In this document: one piece after another, positions 59,442 through 64,000 of the stretch
How the letters are laid out: each line of letters opens with the position of its first letter
How positions within the stretch are numbered: the first letter of the stretch is position 1
NCBI GenBank assembly: GCA_965204735.1
Contig: OZ242008.1
Coordinates: 2,752,001 to 2,816,000, forward strand
From: Longimicrobiales bacterium
GTDB taxonomy: Bacteria; Gemmatimonadota; Gemmatimonadetes; Longimicrobiales; Gaopeijiaceae
Length of the DNA: 64,000 nucleotides
Reading direction: 5' to 3'
Program-made: the position numbers and the translations under genes
The notes under the pieces: model-generated
Databases searched by the model: none
Seen by the model: the letters and a program-made list of their open reading frames with translations, nothing else
Told to the model about the DNA's origin: nothing

Positions 59442-59484
59442 GCGCCCCTTGGCCAGTCCCCCTCGGGTCCCGTCCCGCTGACTA

Positions 59485-60405
59485 CTAAACCGGTCGCAAA
59501 TCATGCGCTATCGCAGCTGCATTGGTCCACTTCAACAGCAACGCCAGTACCTCCGCACGGCAACCGCCACAGTAATCGACAACTCGGCAACGGTCGAACA
59601 GCAAGCCGGCATCGATCAGGTCGTTCCGCCAGCTGCTGCGTGCCAGCGCCTCCGCGACGAAGTACATCCGCGTCGGCACGACGGCAGGCGGGTCCATTGT
59701 CCACTTGTCGCAGAACGCGTCGGCGTGGAGTTCCGACAGCCTGTCCCTGTAGCTCGTGCCTGTCTTGCACTGACCAAATCCGATCATCTTGCCGGGAGAT
59801 CGATCGGCAAAGTGCTTCCACACGACAACATCCAACCCGCCGTCCCGCATACTTGGCCGCGCTTCCTGCCTGCGGAACCCGCCCCCCTCGTTCAGACGCG
59901 CACAGAGGTCGTCGATCTTGTCGCCAAACGACATGCGGTTGGACGACCCAAACACGTAACTCTCTGCGCGTTTCCCAAAATACGCCCTTGCAACTTCGGC
60001 ACTGAGATCCTCCAACAGCAGCGCGCCATCGATCGAAGCATGGCGACGGCTGTCCTTCATGTTGAGCCGAGTGGCCAGCAGCAAGTAGAGGTAGACAAGA
60101 CGTCTTTTGCCACCGTCGGAGTCCATCTTCAACGCCTGTCCGTCGCACTCCTGCCGAAACGGATACCCGGCTCCACAAGCCTGCTCACGCTGGCGAACTT
60201 CTGCAAGCGCTTCCCCAACGCGAACCTCAAGGTCGCTCTCTTCCCCCACGCCTCGAGTATAATCGTTCTCTTCAAGTTTCTCCATGTCGCGGATTACCTC
60301 GGTGCCCGAAACGCTGCCGTCCCGCCAGCACACCATCTCCGCATAGTCTGCGATCTCGGTAGTGGATGCGCTTGAATTGGGAGAATGCGGCCACTTGAAC
60401 ATCAT
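59485..60405 (-). CDS. Putative Mrr-like PD-(D/E)XK endonuclease (copy 2)
   Basis: RDGGLDVVVW..FGQCKTG matches the DxGxD...QxK pattern. ATGA overlap with the upstream ParB-like gene; tandem TAG TAG stop. Confidence 0.7.
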   Translation of the reverse strand: MMFKWPHSPNSSASTTEIADYAEMVCWRDGSVSGTEVIRDMEKLEENDYTRGVGEESDLEVRVGEALAEVRQREQACGAGYPFRQECDGQALKMDSDGGKRRLVYLYLLLATRLNMKDSRRHASIDGALLLEDLSAEVARAYFGKRAESYVFGSSNRMSFGDKIDDLCARLNEGGGFRRQEARPSMRDGGLDVVVWKHFADRSPGKMIGFGQCKTGTSYRDRLSELHADAFCDKWTMDPPAVVPTRMYFVAEALARSSWRNDLIDAGLLFDRCRVVDYCGGCRAEVLALLLKWTNAAAIAHDLRPV

Positions 60406-61520
60406 GATCCTTCCTCCGTGTACTGACGCTTCTTTCCGACGCCCCGCCTGCGCTCCATGTCCTCGTACAGATGATCGGCGATTGTGGCTGCGGTTCCCGC
60501 AATCTGTATCGGCTCTTTGGAGCCGTCGTATCCAGTAGACACCAAGCCACGTGCCTTCTGCAGTTTCTGTTTCGCTGCGACCAAGGTTTCCAGGAGCACT
60601 CTCGACGAAGGCCGACTCAGCTCGAACGCATCATCAAGAGACGTACCGTTGCCAAGGGCCGCCAAGGCTTCGTCGTTGGCCACTACGTCGGCCAGATGCT
60701 TCAGGTCCGGATTCTGTCTTCTGATCACCGGCGGAGTGGTCTTGTCTCCGTACATCCAGCGACACAGTTTGCCAAGTTCCTCGAGCTTGGTTGTTGGGAC
60801 GGGGTTCGGCGCATCCATGGTCGCAACGTTCAAGCCAAGAAAGTCTCTGATGCCGGAGTGCTCGAGACCTGTGTAGAGATGAGAGAATGAGAAATGGCCG
60901 GACCATCTGTCGTCGATGCTGAACACGCCGGCGTCTCGGGCTTGGTCAATAACCATTAGGCCTCGATACAGTCGCCGAACTGTTCTGTGCGTGTCCCCGA
61001 TTTGCCGGGCAATGTCGTCCAGGCTGATGCCATACTCGTGATGGACAGTCGCGACATATCTCGATTTCGCGTAGCTGCTCCACTTGGCAGGTCCGTTGAT
61101 GTGCTTGAAGCCCAAGTGACGCCAAGCGTCTCGTCTCGTGTCGATCACGGCTGGCAGTCTTGCCAACCGGGCGGCTTCCTCCGGGCCCAGGTCATCAGGT
61201 ACTGAGGCGCCAACCTTCTTGGCCAACTCGCCGTCAAGAAGGAGCTTTACTGCGGCCAGTCGCCGATTGCCTTCGATGACGACGTACTTGCCATTGTCCT
61301 TCGTGACGATGAGGGGTTCGTGGGCAAGAAAGCCGCTCGCCGTAATGGACATGACGAGCTCTCGCACGTCCATGGTCTTCCACAGCCAGGCGACTATGTC
61401 CGTGTCCGTCGTCGCGGCCGTCAATCCGAACTCCGCCAGACGGGGGTTCTGTCGATCAAGCGACAGACGCGAGACGTCAAGCCACTCGACTTCGGGCCGG
61501 GCATCATGCGGCATTCGCAT
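60402..61520 (-). CDS. ParB/Srx-like N-terminal domain protein (copy 2)
   Basis: LSLDRQNPRL, HEPLIV, VIEGNRRLA, GFKHINGPAKW and FSFSHLYT; homologous over its full length to 17999-19096. Confidence 0.82.
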   Translation of the reverse strand: MRMPHDARPEVEWLDVSRLSLDRQNPRLAEFGLTAATTDTDIVAWLWKTMDVRELVMSITASGFLAHEPLIVTKDNGKYVVIEGNRRLAAVKLLLDGELAKKVGASVPDDLGPEEAARLARLPAVIDTRRDAWRHLGFKHINGPAKWSSYAKSRYVATVHHEYGISLDDIARQIGDTHRTVRRLYRGLMVIDQARDAGVFSIDDRWSGHFSFSHLYTGLEHSGIRDFLGLNVATMDAPNPVPTTKLEELGKLCRWMYGDKTTPPVIRRQNPDLKHLADVVANDEALAALGNGTSLDDAFELSRPSSRVLLETLVAAKQKLQKARGLVSTGYDGSKEPIQIAGTAATIADHLYEDMERRRGVGKKRQYTEEGS

Positions 61521-61587
61521 CGTTCGCTGTTGGGGGTTGACGCGGCTTGGCGGAGGCTACCGACGCGCCCGCCAGTGACGGTGCAGT

Positions 61588-61616
61588 ACGCTAGGCCATC
61601 ACGAGCCGCAGGTCAA
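61588..61616 (-). promoter_or_regulatory. Candidate sigma70 promoter for ParB-REase copy 2
   Basis: Minus strand TTGACC-N17-TAGCGT. The -35 overlaps the stop codon of the res gene. Confidence 0.5.
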
Positions 61617-64000
61617 GGAGCCCCCAGAATCCCGTGAATGTAGCCCGGTCCGGTGGAGACGGCGTGCCGCCAGCGGCCGAAGCCGCCGTGGGCGTTCACG
61701 GCCTCGCACCACTCGTCCATGTACCGGCGCTTCACGGGGTCGGGCTCGCGGACGCGGCCCTTCACCTCCAGGACGAGCGTCTCGCCGGAGGTCAGGCGGG
61801 CCAGGAAGTCGGGCCGGTACTTCCGAACCACGCCGCGGTGGACGTAGGAGACCTCGAAGCCCAGGTGGTCGTTCTTGACCCAGGCGCGGACCATGGGGCT
61901 CTGGTCCAGGGCGTAGGCGTCGGACGCCTCCCAGGCGCTGTCGTAGACGCAGTAGTTGACGTGGCTGCGGGTGGTGGGGCCGCACGGCTTGCCGGTGTAC
62001 CAAGTGGCCATGTCGGCGGTGGAGCCGATCGGGCGGTCGGGGTCGAAGACGGGGGCCAGCGCCTCGGCGTTCTCCTGGCGGATCGACTGCAGGACATGCT
62101 GGACCACGCGCTCCATGCTCAAGGCGATGACGATGCGGCGCTTCCGCCGGTCCTGCGCGAAGATCGGCGGCTCCAGCCGGAGTCTGTCGGAGCGCACGAA
62201 CTCCTCCAGCAGCCGAACCAGCTGCGCCAGCAGGACCGACCGGGCTCCGGTCCACTCGCCGTCGCGCACGGCCTGCTCCAGGAGCCTGGCCGCGACCTCG
62301 AAGACGATCGTCTGCTCCCGCTTGCCCCCCAGCAGCTTCGCCAAGTCGATCGTCTCGACCTTGGTCACGTCGGGCTGGCCGTCCACCACCGGCGCCAGCT
62401 CGGCCACGTTGGCCATTGTGCGGACGTCGAGCCGCAGCGGGTCCACCTCGGCCCACTCCACCGTCAGCCGGGGCCGCCACGACCGGTCGATGCGCACGAC
62501 GTTGGGCCAGGCGATCTCATACTCCTTCGCGCGCTCGGCCAGCGGATGGACGGCGGTCTTGGGCTGGGGCGGGTCGGGGACGGCGTCCTCCTGCTCGTGG
62601 GGCAGGAAGGTGAAGGGCACGCCGAAGACGTTCACGTGCTCGGGGTCGAAGAGCCCGGACTCGGGGTTGACCTCGTAGGCGGTCCGGCGGAGCCCGCGTC
62701 CCACGACCTGCTCGCACAGCAGCTGACTGGCGAAGGCGCGCAGCCCCATGATGTGGGTGACGGTCTTGGCGTCCCAGCCCTCCGACAGCATCCCGACCGA
62801 GATGACGTTCTGAATCTGCTCCCCCGGCTCGCCGGGACGCCCCACGGTGTCCACTTGGCGGCGGAGCAGCTCGGCGCGCTCCTTCGCGTTGCTGGGACCG
62901 GGCTTCGCGCCGCCGGCCGCCCCCGCCCCGTTGCCGCCGGCCGCCGCCGCCTCGGCCTCCGCTTCCGCCTTGGCCAGCACCTTGGAGTCGATGTGGAGCG
63001 TGCGCGCCGGGTCGCACAGCTCCGGGACCGGAATCCTGCCCTTGTCGAAGGCGTGCTTGACGCGGGCGGCGGTCTCGGTGCGGTTGGCCACCGTGATCAT
63101 CGTCGGCGGCGCCGGCATCTCGGCTTCGCGCCACGCCTTGGCGGTCTCCTGCCAGTCGTGCCCCAGCAGGTGGTAGCCGTTCACGACCAGATCGGGCAGC
63201 GGCTCGTGCGCGGCGGCCTTGCGGTTCAGGTCGGCCTTCACCTCCGGGTCGTTGTAGATGTGGTACAGGCGCGACTTGTAGGTGGCGGCGTCGGGCACCG
63301 CGTCGTCCCGCACGACCACTCGGGGCGTCTTGACCAGTCCGGCCTCGATGGCGTCGTTGAGGCCGAAGTCGCTCACGATCCAATCGAAGAGCGCCTCTTC
63401 CGAGCTGCGCCCGCCCGACGGCGCGAAGGGCGTGGCCGAGAAGTCGTAGCAGCGGAGGACGCCCCGCGCCCGGTGAATCCTGTCCAGCCCGCCGACCCAC
63501 TTGGTCGCCTCGTCGATCCGGGCCTTGTCGACGCCCTTCATCCGGGTTGCGCCGTGGGTCCGCCAGGCGTGGTGGGCCTCGTCGTTGACGACCAGCAGCC
63601 CGCGGGCGCCCGACATCTCGCCCAGCACGTCGCGGACGTAGGCCTCGTCGCTCCGGGCGCCCCGCTTGTCCACGCTGCGGCGCTTGGCGACCTGCTCGTC
63701 GCTCTCCCAGTTGAGCGCATGCCAGTTCCGCACCACGACCCGGCCTTGCCGCAGCTTGTCGAGCAGCGCCGACGGGACGATGCGAAAGGCTTCGTAGTAG
63801 TTTTCGGGATGAAACGGCTCCAGCACCGCCAGCCGGCTCTTCACCGTGAGCCCCGGCGCCACCACGAGCACGTTGCGCGCGAACCGCGTGTCCCGCCGCC
63901 GATCGACCCGGTTCAGCACCTGCCACGCGATCAGCATCGCCATCACGAGCGTCTTGCCCGAGCCCGTCGCCATCTTGGCGCACACGCGCTGGAAGTCGCC
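61613..64000 (-). CDS. Type III restriction enzyme Res-like helicase-nuclease (BPTD_3080-like), 5'-truncated by the window edge
   Basis: Walker A KMATGSGKT, NDEAHH, FSATP, MLSEGWD, EQVVGRGLR and C-terminal nuclease YRPDF..VLEVKG. The frame is open to 64000. Confidence 0.92.
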   Translation of the reverse strand, partial: GDFQRVCAKMATGSGKTLVMAMLIAWQVLNRVDRRRDTRFARNVLVVAPGLTVKSRLAVLEPFHPENYYEAFRIVPSALLDKLRQGRVVVRNWHALNWESDEQVAKRRSVDKRGARSDEAYVRDVLGEMSGARGLLVVNDEAHHAWRTHGATRMKGVDKARIDEATKWVGGLDRIHRARGVLRCYDFSATPFAPSGGRSSEEALFDWIVSDFGLNDAIEAGLVKTPRVVVRDDAVPDAATYKSRLYHIYNDPEVKADLNRKAAAHEPLPDLVVNGYHLLGHDWQETAKAWREAEMPAPPTMITVANRTETAARVKHAFDKGRIPVPELCDPARTLHIDSKVLAKAEAEAEAAAAGGNGAGAAGGAKPGPSNAKERAELLRRQVDTVGRPGEPGEQIQNVISVGMLSEGWDAKTVTHIMGLRAFASQLLCEQVVGRGLRRTAYEVNPESGLFDPEHVNVFGVPFTFLPHEQEDAVPDPPQPKTAVHPLAERAKEYEIAWPNVVRIDRSWRPRLTVEWAEVDPLRLDVRTMANVAELAPVVDGQPDVTKVETIDLAKLLGGKREQTIVFEVAARLLEQAVRDGEWTGARSVLLAQLVRLLEEFVRSDRLRLEPPIFAQDRRKRRIVIALSMERVVQHVLQSIRQENAEALAPVFDPDRPIGSTADMATWYTGKPCGPTTRSHVNYCVYDSAWEASDAYALDQSPMVRAWVKNDHLGFEVSYVHRGVVRKYRPDFLARLTSGETLVLEVKGRVREPDPVKRRYMDEWCEAVNAHGGFGRWRHAVSTGPGYIHGILGAP

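Larger units (their letters stand above)
23300..59300 (-). repeat. Tandem array of ~375-381-bp repeats
   Basis: Consensus TYGxGdxIxVxVxFxxxVxVTGTPQLALTIGxxTRQAxYASGxGTxxLxFxYxVxxxDxDxDGISIGASALxLNGGTI...LGLGxHAIxNxxxHKVxG. Confidence 0.95.

Noticed and set aside
59451..59482. Third copy of the boundary repeat (GGCCAG...TCCCGCTGAC)
   Set aside because: The similarity is short and gapped, as expected by chance in GC-rich DNA.
31179..60005. Very long + strand ORFs (4854 aa and 4681 aa; also 20814-25598 and 25650-29351)
   Set aside because: Antisense shadows of the high-GC repetitive giant gene. They are Arg-rich, motif-free translations that mirror its periodicity.
1..64000. tRNA, rRNA, IS/transposase, integrase or reverse transcriptase (DGR/retron) genes
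   Set aside because: No recognisable motifs were seen by eye, and intergenic gaps are short. Small RNAs cannot be excluded without a covariance search.

Overview
High-GC bacterial DNA. My inference is a Gemmatimonadota-like, possibly sponge-associated organism, based on the alpha2-type GlyRS and the cadherin/FN3/autotransporter giant protein; this is not verified. 1-16 kb: a Fic gene, then a minus-strand run of SDR, glyQS, an ABC/AAA ATPase plus PIN-like pair, an NSS transporter, a hypothetical protein, nth, an HD hydrolase, an orphan HEPN and a GPP34-cytochrome P450 fusion, followed by a divergent nurA-herA pair. 16-64 kb: an all-minus-strand defence-like island. In transcription order it holds a type III-like Res helicase-nuclease (cut by the window end), a ParB/Srx-like + REase-like pair, a ~40 kb gene for a ~13,300-aa repeat adhesin, and a second, diverged ParB/Srx-like + REase-like pair coupled to a Dam-family adenine methyltransferase. 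The adhesin has about 90+ ~125-aa repeats, 2 FN3 domains, 5 cadherins and an autotransporter barrel split by a 1-bp frameshift. Best candidates for an undescribed system: the ParB-REase(-MTase) module present twice, the ATPase-PIN pair coupled to glyQS, the GPP34-P450 fusion and the giant adhesin. All family calls come from motif recognition by eye; no searches were run.
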